Shown piece by piece: positions 8,797-18,249 of a stretch of 64,000 nucleotides of DNA. Every line of letters starts with the position of its first letter. Position 1 is the stretch's first letter. The notes beneath the pieces are model-generated. The model had not been told where the DNA came from. It did no database searches and worked only from the letters and a program-made list of their open reading frames with translations. The position numbers and the translations under genes are program-made. Source of the stretch: Bdellovibrionales bacterium (GTDB lineage: Bacteria > Bdellovibrionota > Bdellovibrionia > Bdellovibrionales > UBA1609); the NCBI GenBank assembly GCA_027317865.1, contig DAHVQG010000008.1, positions 32,001-96,000 on the forward strand, written 5' to 3'.

Positions 8797-10323
8797 CTAC
8801 CCATTATTAAATTCAAACGGTAACCCCGGGGCAACTTTTTCAGGATTGAACGCGGTTGGGTCTTCGAGACTGCCCACCGGAATCGCACAATACTCAATCG
8901 CAAAATGTCCCGACGGTCGATCATTGCCAGATTTGCCCATGCCGCCAAAGGGCAAACGCGAACTTGATCCATTAGTTGTACGGTTGAAGTTAAGAAGTCC
9001 GACCTTAGCATCGATCAAGGCCCTTTCGTAGAGCGCGCGATCCTTTGAAAATAGCGCCATCACGAGCCCATAACCGGAGGAATTGACTATATCGAGTGCT
9101 TCATCGAATTCATCAACAGTATAGACGGCAACGTTAGGTCCGAAAATTTCGTTTTTTTGATAAACCGATTCGCGGTTAAACTGTTCTACCAAATGAACCG
9201 ACGGTGTCACGTAATAGCCGTCATAGCCAACATCTAGAGCTTTGCCTCGCATAAGGCTTTCTGCCCCCTCGCGTTTTGCAATTTCTTGAAAGCGCAAATA
9301 TTTTTCCACCGCTGCTTTACTGATCAGCGGGCCCATAAATGCATTGGACGACCAATGACCCACGGCGATTTTCTTTGCGTTTTTATGAAAATTTTCAAGA
9401 AATTCATCGCGAACACTGCGATGAAGAATGATTCGGCTTGTGCACGAGCAGCGCTGGCCCGTTGTCATGTAGGCGCCGACAAGAGTTTCATAAACGGCCT
9501 TTTTTAAATCGGCATCCCGCCAAACAACGGTTGAGTTCTTGCCGCCCATTTCCAGAGCTAAAATCTTCCAATAGTGCTCAAGGGTATCTTGTTTAATTTT
9601 TAATCCCACCTCATAAGAACCAGTAAATAGTATTCCGTCGACATCATCGTGTTGCACAAGCCTCCGGCCAACTTCAACCTGACCTTGAATCATATTAAAG
9701 ACGCCATTTGGCAACCCCGACTCTTGAATAATTTCAGCCATAAGTTGACCGACAGCGGGAGTCTTATCAGAAGGCTTAAACACGACGGTGTTGCCGGCGA
9801 CAAGAGCGGGAATAATGTGACCGTTTGGTAAATGGGCCGGAAAATTAAATGGGCCCACCACAGCCATCACTCCACGCGGCTTAAAACGAATAACACCTTC
9901 TACCCCAGGTAGAGCATTAGGAATGTGCTCTTCTGAAATAAGTTTAAGGGAATGTTCAAGGGTAATGTCGATCTTACTCGATAAAGCCGCGGCTTCAGTT
10001 TTGGCTTCCCACAAGGGTTTACCCACTTCGCGGGAAATCAGTTCCGCCATTTGACCCGCGCGGGCCTGAAACCTATTTTTGAGCTTCAATAAATGTTCTT
10101 TCCGCTCTTCAAGAGATGTGTGGGACCAAGTTCGATATGTCTTTTTTGCAACCTCACATGCCATTTGTACGTGCGCGTAGGAGCATTCCACATCTATTAC
10201 GTGATCTTTTAAATCGGCTGGCGAATCAATTGTCCAACTCCCGTCAGAGCGCTCAGGCTTTACAAATTCGCCGTTTATATAATCGCCCTTGTATTCAAAC
10301 GGTTTTGGATTTTCGCTTTTCAT
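8797..10323 (-). CDS. astD: Succinylglutamate-semialdehyde dehydrogenase (AstD-like ALDH)
   Basis: GPFNFPAHLPNGHIIPALVAGNTVVFKPS, FTGS, LALEMGGKN, GQRCSC, EIFGP, PFGGMGKSGN; SD GAGGTG favours ATG at 10323. Confidence 0.85.
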   Translation of the reverse strand: MKSENPKPFEYKGDYINGEFVKPERSDGSWTIDSPADLKDHVIDVECSYAHVQMACEVAKKTYRTWSHTSLEERKEHLLKLKNRFQARAGQMAELISREVGKPLWEAKTEAAALSSKIDITLEHSLKLISEEHIPNALPGVEGVIRFKPRGVMAVVGPFNFPAHLPNGHIIPALVAGNTVVFKPSDKTPAVGQLMAEIIQESGLPNGVFNMIQGQVEVGRRLVQHDDVDGILFTGSYEVGLKIKQDTLEHYWKILALEMGGKNSTVVWRDADLKKAVYETLVGAYMTTGQRCSCTSRIILHRSVRDEFLENFHKNAKKIAVGHWSSNAFMGPLISKAAVEKYLRFQEIAKREGAESLMRGKALDVGYDGYYVTPSVHLVEQFNRESVYQKNEIFGPNVAVYTVDEFDEALDIVNSSGYGLVMALFSKDRALYERALIDAKVGLLNFNRTTNGSSSRLPFGGMGKSGNDRPSGHFAIEYCAIPVGSLEDPTAFNPEKVAPGLPFEFNNG

Positions 10324-10343
10324 TTGATTCACCTCTTAATCTT

Positions 10344-11390
10344 TTACCTTTTCGCCATACGTGGTTTTTTGCCATCAATAAGCGGCGTCACATAAACAAG
10401 ATCATTTTCAGAAAGTTCCAGCAGCTGTTTTGTTTTTTCGGGCAAACTGACGCTGTCGCCGTCGATCAAATATGCGGTTGCCGCAGCCTGAAATTGGCCC
10501 TCGCGACAGACCGCAACGATCGCTTTCTGGTCAAACGCGCCTTGCGTCTGCTTCGACATTTTTAAAAGCCTTGCGTTTTTAATAAGTGTCACTTGTTTGG
10601 CTCTGACTTTCAAATGCGGACCGCCGTCAAACGGATCCACCTCGTTCATGTACGTAAACCCGATTGACTCCAAAAGATGGAGCGCCGCCTGGGTCTCTTG
10701 CGACACGCGCCCCAAAACCAATCGCGCTTTTGCGTCAAGTAAACATAAATAGATGTCTTCTTCGGGGAACAGACTTCGGATAAATTCCTTATTTTTTTGA
10801 CTCAAAATGTCCGCTTCTTGATAGGGCATGCCGGTAAAACGGCGGCCAAGCGCCTCCCAGAATTCGCTTCGCCCCTCTTCGGTGAGCGGCGGGGCCATTT
10901 GGGCGTAGAGATCCTCTTCGAATCTCTCCGGGAACATGCCGATATACATAAACCGAGAAAGGCTTGCAATCTTGCCGATTTTTTCTGGTCGGCTTCTATA
11001 GGAGCGATCCACAACCAATCCACCAATTTCGGTTGGGCCGTTTTCGTTTATCTTAAGTCGCAGGATTTGATGAATAAAACCTACTCCAAGATCGCGGCTG
11101 AACCGTTCTTTTTTAAGAATTTCAAAGCTGTATGTGGGCTCAACTGGCGTGCCGTGTTTTGCGACAATTTGGGAGCTACCGCATACGATTTGTTGATCGC
11201 GATCTTCGATAACAAATACATATTTCGCCTCGTCTTTGGCTAAATCACCGCGAAACGACGCCTCGCTCACCTCAACCTTATCTGCAATTGCGCGCTTGTC
11301 TGCAGGTAAGTTCAACAATGAAAATTGTTTCGCCAACGAATAAAGTCCGGGGACATCATCGCTTGTTGCGTTACGAACCACAAAACTCAT
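10344..11390 (-). CDS. astA: Arginine/ornithine N-succinyltransferase (AstA family)
   Basis: LNLPAD, TEIGGL, LSRFMYI, SEFWEALGRRF.GM.Y.EAD, LLESIGF...VDPFDGGP. Confidence 0.88.
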   Translation of the reverse strand: MSFVVRNATSDDVPGLYSLAKQFSLLNLPADKRAIADKVEVSEASFRGDLAKDEAKYVFVIEDRDQQIVCGSSQIVAKHGTPVEPTYSFEILKKERFSRDLGVGFIHQILRLKINENGPTEIGGLVVDRSYRSRPEKIGKIASLSRFMYIGMFPERFEEDLYAQMAPPLTEEGRSEFWEALGRRFTGMPYQEADILSQKNKEFIRSLFPEEDIYLCLLDAKARLVLGRVSQETQAALHLLESIGFTYMNEVDPFDGGPHLKVRAKQVTLIKNARLLKMSKQTQGAFDQKAIVAVCREGQFQAAATAYLIDGDSVSLPEKTKQLLELSENDLVYVTPLIDGKKPRMAKR

Positions 11391-12751
11391 TTCAACACCT
11401 CTTGTGTTAGTAGAACTTCCCGGTAAAAATCAATGGCAGAATTGAGTTCACTGATCTTGACGTGCTCAAGTGAAATTGGGTCATTCCCCAATTCAACTCC
11501 GGGCCCAAAAATAACCGTCTCCACACCTAACCGCTGAAAAACGTTCGCTTCGGTACACTGGCGCGCTGTTATTTCACCCGAGTCAAAACCCATTTTCGAC
11601 GATACTCTTTTTAAGAGGTTAAAGAAAGGTGCGTCGCCGTTTGAGATAAATGGCGGCTTATAGTCGAGAATATGAAATTGCGCCCCCGCTGCGGCGCAAT
11701 CGACGCGCATTCTCTCCAGCCATTTGTCATAAATTTCTCGGTGCGCCGTTGGCACAAGACGGCAGATCCCGCTAATAACCACCTGTTCCGGTAGCATTCG
11801 AATCTGGCCCACATTTATTGTTGAATGCGCCGGCAAAAACTCTTTGGCTTCTACGCTCTTTAATTCAACCGCCAATTTCTTAATCAACTCACAAACCGAA
11901 ATGAGCTTACTGATGACGCCGTCCTGAAGGTGATCGACAATCTGAACTTCAAGTTCAACGAAATCCGGTTGCAATTCGGCGCTTGTCCCACCATCGACGG
12001 ATAATATAGCTATTCCACTAGGCAAATTTTTTAAATAATCCATCATGCGCAATATGGGATTGGATAACAGCCCTAAGTCGACGGCTTGCTGTTTTTGCAC
12101 GCGCGAGAAAATCTTGCTCTGTGATGTGGCGCCCTCAGAACCACTTTGCTGTTCAATATATCTGCGCTCATCGTCAGAAAGCGCAATTGTGATCTCAACC
12201 TTTGCAAACCCCGGCGCCCGGCGCGACATCTTAAGTCCGGTTGGCGCGCCGACAAGCGCACCCTGTGGTTTAATTCGCTTTTGTCGAATAAGGCGAATGG
12301 CACCCGTGCCGCTTTCGCGGCCGAACGTACCAACCAATGAAGCGGTCGGTTGTGCGTGAAGGCTAGATTCCCGAAACGCAAGTAGTTTACATAAAAAATC
12401 AAGCTTGCTATCGGCTGTACCTAACCCGAAGAGCGAGTCTCCATTTATGCTCGCATTAAATGGATTTGCCCCGGTCTTTGTCCATACGGCGTATTCACCT
12501 GGATCACTTGTATCAAGCCTCGTGGTTAAAATATAGGGCGACTCGCTCGGCTCAAAGTTTTTAGCACAAATGAGCAAATTCGCGTTTGCAATTCCATTCC
12601 ATGTCTCTTCAATAATTTCGCAGTTGAGATTCCACAACCGCGCAAGGTCTGACACCCATTTCGCAGCCGTAAGCGTTCCGTGACTGGTCGTTGTATCAAT
12701 CGAAATAAACTGGCGGGCGAGATCGACTAAGTTAGGCGCAGCTTTTTGCAT
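11387..12751 (-). CDS. M20 (ArgE/DapE-like) family protein with degenerate metal-binding residues
   Basis: M20 scaffold (PF...GDSLFGLGTADSK, TEA...IFGPG...EHV), but HxD reads RLD, EE reads RE and GEP reads GAP. Confidence 0.8.
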   Translation of the reverse strand: MQKAAPNLVDLARQFISIDTTTSHGTLTAAKWVSDLARLWNLNCEIIEETWNGIANANLLICAKNFEPSESPYILTTRLDTSDPGEYAVWTKTGANPFNASINGDSLFGLGTADSKLDFLCKLLAFRESSLHAQPTASLVGTFGRESGTGAIRLIRQKRIKPQGALVGAPTGLKMSRRAPGFAKVEITIALSDDERRYIEQQSGSEGATSQSKIFSRVQKQQAVDLGLLSNPILRMMDYLKNLPSGIAILSVDGGTSAELQPDFVELEVQIVDHLQDGVISKLISVCELIKKLAVELKSVEAKEFLPAHSTINVGQIRMLPEQVVISGICRLVPTAHREIYDKWLERMRVDCAAAGAQFHILDYKPPFISNGDAPFFNLLKRVSSKMGFDSGEITARQCTEANVFQRLGVETVIFGPGVELGNDPISLEHVKISELNSAIDFYREVLLTQEVLK

Positions 12752-12780
12752 AAGCGCTCAAGAGCTTAAGGCCAAAACGC

Positions 12781-14160
12781 TTAAGCCATCTCCAAAACCG
12801 ATTTTTCAATAATTTCGCCGGCAACACGAATGTCTTCACTTGTCGTAATAGCTGGAATTAAAAATCGCACACGATAGGGGTTGTGACCACAAGTAAAGCA
12901 GATCAGTCCATTTTTAAACAAAATTTGTGTGAATTTACCTACTTTTTCTTTAGTGCCGTCAAAAGGCGTGACGGCAACCATTAACCCCATCCCCTCGGCG
13001 TCTTCTAGCCGGCCCTTGCAGGTCGTTTCATTGAGCCGCTTAAGCATCCCGACGAATTCGCCGTGGATTTGATTGATTTTGCCGTTTTGCCCCATATAGT
13101 TTTCTTTGTCGAGAATTTCCATTATTTGAAGCCCCGCCGCCAGCGCCGAAGACGAACCCGAAAACGTGCCCGATACAAGCCCCGGTTTTGGATTCATTTC
13201 TTGAGTAAAAAATGTTGCCCCCGTTTGCGCGGTTTTAGCAACCGTGCACACGTCGACGTAATCACCGAGCCCGAGCGTTTCAAACGCAAAGAAATTTCCC
13301 GTTCTTGTAAACGTCTGCACCTCATCCAACCAAACCGGGATCTTTTTTTCGCGGCAAAATTCGAGCATCGGCAAAAAGAATTCTCGTGGAGCGACGTTAT
13401 AGCCGCCCTCGCCCTGCATCGGTTCAAATGTAAAACAACAAATATTGTTTTCGTGTTTGGCGACATGTTCTTTGAAAATTTGCACCGAATTTTCTATGCT
13501 TCGGGGATTTTTTTTATCAAACCAGGGGACGCGCAATACCTCGTGATATTCCGGTAAACCCTCCCGAAAGCCCGGATTGTCGGTTACCTCGGCCATCATT
13601 GTCGATCGCCCCGCAAATGCCGCGTTCATCGCCACGATCATCCGAGCCGGTGTTGTTTTTTGCCGGCACGCCTTGAGTGCGTTTTCATTGGCCATTGCTC
13701 CACAAGTGGAGAGCCAAACATGCTTAAGGCGGCTGCGACGGCTCGCAAGCTCTAAAAGTTTTTTGCTAAATTCATAATATTCACGATTGGGCTGAAGATT
13801 GCCCTGTACAACGATATCGCTCAGCGCGCCGCGAACCGCGGCCGCCATTACGCGCGGATGACTGTGACCCAACACATGAATGCCGATGCCGTTGATGAGA
13901 TCTAGTTTGACGCTCCCGTCTTCGAGTTCTACATACACGCCGCGGCCAACTCCGGAGCCCACGTAAGGATAATATAGTCCGCGCCCCCTAACGGTACCGA
14001 TTTGATCAATTAGCCCTTTCATTAGATCGACGCGCTCGGGATCAGCCGGGCGCACCCCTTCAATTTGCGCCGACGCCGCGCCGACTTCTTTAACAGCATC
14101 CTGGATAAGAGTCTGGATCTTGGCTGATTGCCTGACCATCTCGCCTTTTGTTGTTGCCAT
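12781..14160 (-). CDS. Class III PLP aminotransferase (AstC/ArgD-like)
   Basis: GAMANENALK, AFAGRS, EPMQGEGG, DEVQT, Schiff-base Lys in TVAK; SD AAGGAG. Confidence 0.88.
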   Translation of the reverse strand: MATTKGEMVRQSAKIQTLIQDAVKEVGAASAQIEGVRPADPERVDLMKGLIDQIGTVRGRGLYYPYVGSGVGRGVYVELEDGSVKLDLINGIGIHVLGHSHPRVMAAAVRGALSDIVVQGNLQPNREYYEFSKKLLELASRRSRLKHVWLSTCGAMANENALKACRQKTTPARMIVAMNAAFAGRSTMMAEVTDNPGFREGLPEYHEVLRVPWFDKKNPRSIENSVQIFKEHVAKHENNICCFTFEPMQGEGGYNVAPREFFLPMLEFCREKKIPVWLDEVQTFTRTGNFFAFETLGLGDYVDVCTVAKTAQTGATFFTQEMNPKPGLVSGTFSGSSSALAAGLQIMEILDKENYMGQNGKINQIHGEFVGMLKRLNETTCKGRLEDAEGMGLMVAVTPFDGTKEKVGKFTQILFKNGLICFTCGHNPYRVRFLIPAITTSEDIRVAGEIIEKSVLEMA

Positions 14161-14191
14161 GGCACTCCTTAAAGTCTTGAAAGATCAAAAA

Positions 14192-14220
14192 ATGTTACTC
14201 CTCGCTATGGACGAAAACAA
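14192..14220 (-). promoter_or_regulatory. Putative sigma70 promoter for the Ast-like operon
   Basis: Minus strand TTGTTT-N17-TAACAT. Confidence 0.5.
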
Positions 14221-14222
14221 GG

Positions 14223-14251
14223 TTGTTTATTCAAGCGACAAAGCTTAGGAT
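14223..14251 (+). promoter_or_regulatory. Putative sigma70 promoter for the TPR/SH3...bamD operon
   Basis: TTGTTT-N17-TAGGAT, 6 nt before TTG 14258 and 9 nt before ATG 14261. Confidence 0.5.
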
Positions 14252-14257
14252 TTCGAA

Positions 14258-15148
14258 TTGATGCGCGCGATATTGATCATCTTGCTATGCCCGATTTTTC
14301 TATTATTTCCGTCTTTCGGTAGTGCGAAGTTGACGCGTTCTTTGCCCACAAAGTCCGTAGCGCCTACCCCCGCAGCAACTGTGGCGCCAAGCCCTGTGAC
14401 GGCCGCACAAGCGGCGCCGAAAAGCAGTGCGCCACCCTCATATGGGGCGGCCATTCGCGATTATCAAGAAAACCATTTCAATCAAGCGTTTGGCGAATTC
14501 CAAAATTATTTCAACGCCGGACACGACTTTTCCGCGCTTGATTACAATTGGGGGCTCGTCGCATACAAGTTAAAAAAATTGGGGCTCGCCGTTGGACTAT
14601 TGCGACGCGCTTTATTTTTAAATCCCGATCTCCTCCAGGCCAGAAAGGCTCTTTCATTTGTTTCTGCGGAATTACCGCAAAGCTGGAATGAAAACCCGTC
14701 AACCTGGAGCGAAATCCGCCAAAACATTTTAGACAAGTTCACTTTTAATCAGGTTGCCGCTCTCGGCTGGTTGCTATTTTGTCTCAGCGGTTTTCTCGGC
14801 ATTCGTTATTTATCAAAACGCCGAAAATCCATTCGCGCCGATCAGACGCCCCCGCCTTTTCCGGTCGTTACCACAATTTCAACTGTATTATTTTTAATTA
14901 TCTTCGCTCTGGGCATCGCTAAAGCCGTGGCGATAAATGAAATACGCGCAACTGTCATTTCGCAAACCTCTTTGCGAACCGGACCGAGCAAACAGGATAA
15001 TCCGATTTTTGATTTACTCGAGGGTTTTGATGTCTCTGTAAAGGTTGTACAAAACGGTTGGGTACAGGTTTCTCTTGAGTCCGGCCAGGTCGGCTGGATT
15101 CCCGCCAGTGCTCTATTTCAATATACAGGCCACCATCTTTTATGGTGA
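14258..15148 (+). CDS. BatE-like protein: signal peptide, TPR, two TM helices, C-terminal SH3b domain
   Basis: YNWG..AYK...G.A....RRAL.LNP TPR; two hydrophobic helices; LRTGPS...L.EG..V......GWVQV....G.VGWIP. Confidence 0.78.
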   Translation: MMRAILIILLCPIFLLFPSFGSAKLTRSLPTKSVAPTPAATVAPSPVTAAQAAPKSSAPPSYGAAIRDYQENHFNQAFGEFQNYFNAGHDFSALDYNWGLVAYKLKKLGLAVGLLRRALFLNPDLLQARKALSFVSAELPQSWNENPSTWSEIRQNILDKFTFNQVAALGWLLFCLSGFLGIRYLSKRRKSIRADQTPPPFPVVTTISTVLFLIIFALGIAKAVAINEIRATVISQTSLRTGPSKQDNPIFDLLEGFDVSVKVVQNGWVQVSLESGQVGWIPASALFQYTGHHLLW

Positions 15149-15699
15149 ATTTTATTTGGGAAAATATTTTTCGCCGCGCTGAGAAGGGTCAGGATATTGA
15201 TCAGGCCATCGCCGACAACTATTTATTTAAAGGGCTTAATAAGAGCGAGCGTGCCTTCGTTAGAACTCTTCTTCACGAGCGACAATACCGTGCCGGCGAA
15301 GCGGTGTTTCGTCAGGGCGAGCTTGGCATCGGCATGTACATGATCGTGCACGGAAGCATTAACATAACTGTTGAAGACGCCTCCGCAGTTGATGAGGCAT
15401 CAAAAGCTACGTTTATCACGCGCTTATCGGACGGCGATTTTTTTGGCGAAATTGCGCTTGTCGAACAAGCCGGCCGCCGAACAGCCACCGCAACTGCCGC
15501 AAGCGAATCGGCGTTGCTCGGATTTTTTAAACCAGATTTAGCAGAAGTCGTCGAACGGAATCCTCGACTGGCGGTGAAAATATTGACCCATTTGGCGGAG
15601 GTCCTTGGTCGACGACTGAAAGAAACGACGGATCGTTTTACCGAAGTCAAACGCAACCTAAGAGAGCTTTCAAAAAGCGAGAAAAATGGGAAGTCTTAA
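15142..15699 (+). CDS. Stand-alone cyclic-nucleotide-binding domain protein
   Basis: VFRQGELGIGMYMIVHG, FFGEIAL....RRTATA phosphate-binding cassette; no HTH after the C-helix. Confidence 0.88.
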   Translation: MVNFIWENIFRRAEKGQDIDQAIADNYLFKGLNKSERAFVRTLLHERQYRAGEAVFRQGELGIGMYMIVHGSINITVEDASAVDEASKATFITRLSDGDFFGEIALVEQAGRRTATATAASESALLGFFKPDLAEVVERNPRLAVKILTHLAEVLGRRLKETTDRFTEVKRNLRELSKSEKNGKS

Positions 15700-16756
15700 G
15701 CCTCAGTGGCGGCGCAAAAATCGCATTCAGTTCGTTGCTTTTGGCTGCGCATTAGCGCTGGCAATAATTGCAATTTTTATTTTTAAAAATTTGCTTTTAT
15801 CTTTTGTCGTATCGGTCGTTGCCGCGTATCTGCTTTCGCCCGTCGTTTCCTATCTCGAAGGCCGCGGCATTAACCGTTTGGCGGCCGTGCTAGCCGTTTA
15901 TTTTGTTTTAACTATTGCGCTTGTTATTTCAATAACTGCACTATTCCCGCTTCTTGCGAATCAATTTTATTCTCTGCGGGCAAGCTTGCCACACTATTTG
16001 AACGGATTGACGAAGCTTTTTGATTCCTTTTCAACAACCCTCAATGCGGGATCTGGCGGAACAATTCATGTCGACATCGGAAACCGCGCGCGCGATTGGT
16101 TAACGAATTCTTCGACTCAGCTAGCCGGCAGTTTACCCGGTTATCTTTCTGACTCCATTACCGTGTTACTCTTAGCTCCTCTTTTGTCGTTTTTTTTACT
16201 CAAAGACGGGCAGTCAATTTCACGTAAAGCTCTTCATATTGTTCCGAATAGCATTTTCGAACTCACTCTCAGCCTGCAAAGCCAAATTACGGCCCAAATC
16301 GGACAATTTATTCGCGCGCGTTTACTTGAGTCTGCAATTGTCGGGCTTGTCGTTTTAATAGGGCTTTGGATTGTTGGCTTTCCGTTTCCAATCGTACTTG
16401 CGTTATTTGCAGGCGTAGCAAATGTGATCCCCTATTTGGGGCCGCTCGCGGGCGCTATACCTGGATGTCTTATTGCATTTGTAAATGCGGGGTTGGGTGC
16501 AAAACTCTTTTTTGTTGTTCTCGTTTATGTTGCCGCGCAATTGATCGATATATTTTTTATTATCCCTTTGGTTGTGGCCCGCGTTGTGGATCTACATCCC
16601 ATAACCGTCATTTTAGCAGTAATTCTGGGGTCAAAAGCGCTTGGTATTTTAGGGATGCTCATTTCAATTCCTGTTGCGGCGGCCATCAAGGTAATTGTGG
16701 TGAGCATTTATCGACATTTGACCGATGATGTGACTGGACCTACACTAGCGCCATGA
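15686..16756 (+). CDS. AI-2E family (PerM/TqsA-like) transporter
   Basis: AYLLSPVV, FFLLKDG, NVIPYLGP, P.VV...V.LHP..VILAVILG....GILGMLISIPVAA. Confidence 0.9.
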   Translation: MGSLKPQWRRKNRIQFVAFGCALALAIIAIFIFKNLLLSFVVSVVAAYLLSPVVSYLEGRGINRLAAVLAVYFVLTIALVISITALFPLLANQFYSLRASLPHYLNGLTKLFDSFSTTLNAGSGGTIHVDIGNRARDWLTNSSTQLAGSLPGYLSDSITVLLLAPLLSFFLLKDGQSISRKALHIVPNSIFELTLSLQSQITAQIGQFIRARLLESAIVGLVVLIGLWIVGFPFPIVLALFAGVANVIPYLGPLAGAIPGCLIAFVNAGLGAKLFFVVLVYVAAQLIDIFFIIPLVVARVVDLHPITVILAVILGSKALGILGMLISIPVAAAIKVIVVSIYRHLTDDVTGPTLAP

Positions 16757-17502
16757 AGCGTGTATTGGCCGGTTTTGGCCTCTTTTTATTGTTAGGCATA
16801 ATGGCTGGTTGCGCCTCTGGTCCGCCGATTAATACGCACACGGCCTCTGGTGCGTTTGCATTGGCACAGCGCTATGAAAAAGACGGGCGCTATAATGAGG
16901 CCATAAGCAAATATTCAGACGTTAAAAACAAGTTCCCCTACAGCCGTTTTGCGGTTGAGGCTGCCCTGAAAATTGCAGATCTTCAATTTAAAGAAGAAGA
17001 TTATGTAAGTGCCGAAAGTTCATATCGGCTCTTTAAAGAATTCCATCCTAATTATTCAAAAATTGATTACGTCACATTTCGAATCGGGCTTAGCGTTTTT
17101 AAGCAACTTCCCCCGACCATAGATCGTGATTTGTCTTTAGCCGATACCGCAATTAAGAGCTTCAACGATGTAGTCGTCGATTATCCAACGAGCAAATATG
17201 CGGGACCGGCTAAAAAGTATATTGAAAAATGCAGAAAAATGCTGGCAGAAAAAGATAAATACATCGCAGACTACTATTATGGGCAGGGCATTTGGATAAG
17301 CGCTCTTGGCCGTTACCGCGATCTATTGCGCCATTATCCTCATCAGGGTTTTGGCGCACAGGCGCTCTATGGGGCAACCATGTCCGCCTATCATATGAAG
17401 GATTTGGGTCGCGCGAAAATGTATTTTAAACGTTTACTTGAGGAGTATCCAAAATCATCTGAGATCGCAAAAGCGCGAAAGGAAATTTCCAATGGATTTT
17501 GA
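16753..17502 (+). CDS. bamD: Outer membrane protein assembly factor BamD (lipoprotein)
   Basis: Lipobox MAG-C, TPRs, FPYSRFA, DRDLS, IADYY. Confidence 0.88.
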   Translation: MKRVLAGFGLFLLLGIMAGCASGPPINTHTASGAFALAQRYEKDGRYNEAISKYSDVKNKFPYSRFAVEAALKIADLQFKEEDYVSAESSYRLFKEFHPNYSKIDYVTFRIGLSVFKQLPPTIDRDLSLADTAIKSFNDVVVDYPTSKYAGPAKKYIEKCRKMLAEKDKYIADYYYGQGIWISALGRYRDLLRHYPHQGFGAQALYGATMSAYHMKDLGRAKMYFKRLLEEYPKSSEIAKARKEISNGF

Positions 17503-18235
17503 TGCTGAACAAGAAATGTTTTCCGCAGCCGAAGAGCACTTTAAAGCCGATCATTACACAGAGGCCGAATCCCTTCTCAATCAGCTTGTGCTTAAAAACT
17601 CGAAGCGCCCCGAAGTGTTTCATATGCTCGGCACGATTTACTATGATCACGGCAAGTTTAATAAAGCCATCCGATCTTTTCGCCGAGCCCTTGAAATCAA
17701 TCCTGGATATACGGACTCTTCAGTGGGGTTGAGTGTTATTTTAAATGATCTTGGCCGCTACGAAGAAGGTCAAAAAGTTTTTGACGAGGCCCGCGCAATG
17801 CTTAGCGTGAAGTCGCCAAACGTCGACCACCATCTAAACGAACGATTTTCGGTAAAACACGACGAACTTGGTGAACTTTATTTGCGTCACGGCCGTTACG
17901 AAGAGGCGTTGAGCGAATTTCAGAAGGCTTTGGCTTTGACAAAAATCCGCCAGCCTGAAATTACCGTATCAATTGCGGAGTGTTATATTCACCTTAACAA
18001 CTTCCCGCTGGCGATTCGGGAGTTGCGGCTGGTCGTGCGCGAGTATCCGCAATTTGTTCCCGGCCGGCTTAAACTCGGCAAATGTTACTACGATTCGCAA
18101 CAAGTTCCAGAAGCTATCGAACAATGGGAAGCGGCGCTTCGGTTTGAGCCGACAAACACGGCGGCAAAGGATTATTTGCGTTTGGCTCAAACAATTCAGG
18201 TGACATCACTTAATTCTCCTGAGCTTGGAATTTAA
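17492..18235 (+). CDS. Cytoplasmic TPR-repeat protein
   Basis: Several TPR units (LG.IY...G.F..A...F.RALEINP); ATG 17492 overlaps the bamD end. Confidence 0.85.
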   Translation: MDFDAEQEMFSAAEEHFKADHYTEAESLLNQLVLKNSKRPEVFHMLGTIYYDHGKFNKAIRSFRRALEINPGYTDSSVGLSVILNDLGRYEEGQKVFDEARAMLSVKSPNVDHHLNERFSVKHDELGELYLRHGRYEEALSEFQKALALTKIRQPEITVSIAECYIHLNNFPLAIRELRLVVREYPQFVPGRLKLGKCYYDSQQVPEAIEQWEAALRFEPTNTAAKDYLRLAQTIQVTSLNSPELGI

Positions 18236-18249
18236 AAATAGGGGTTTTT

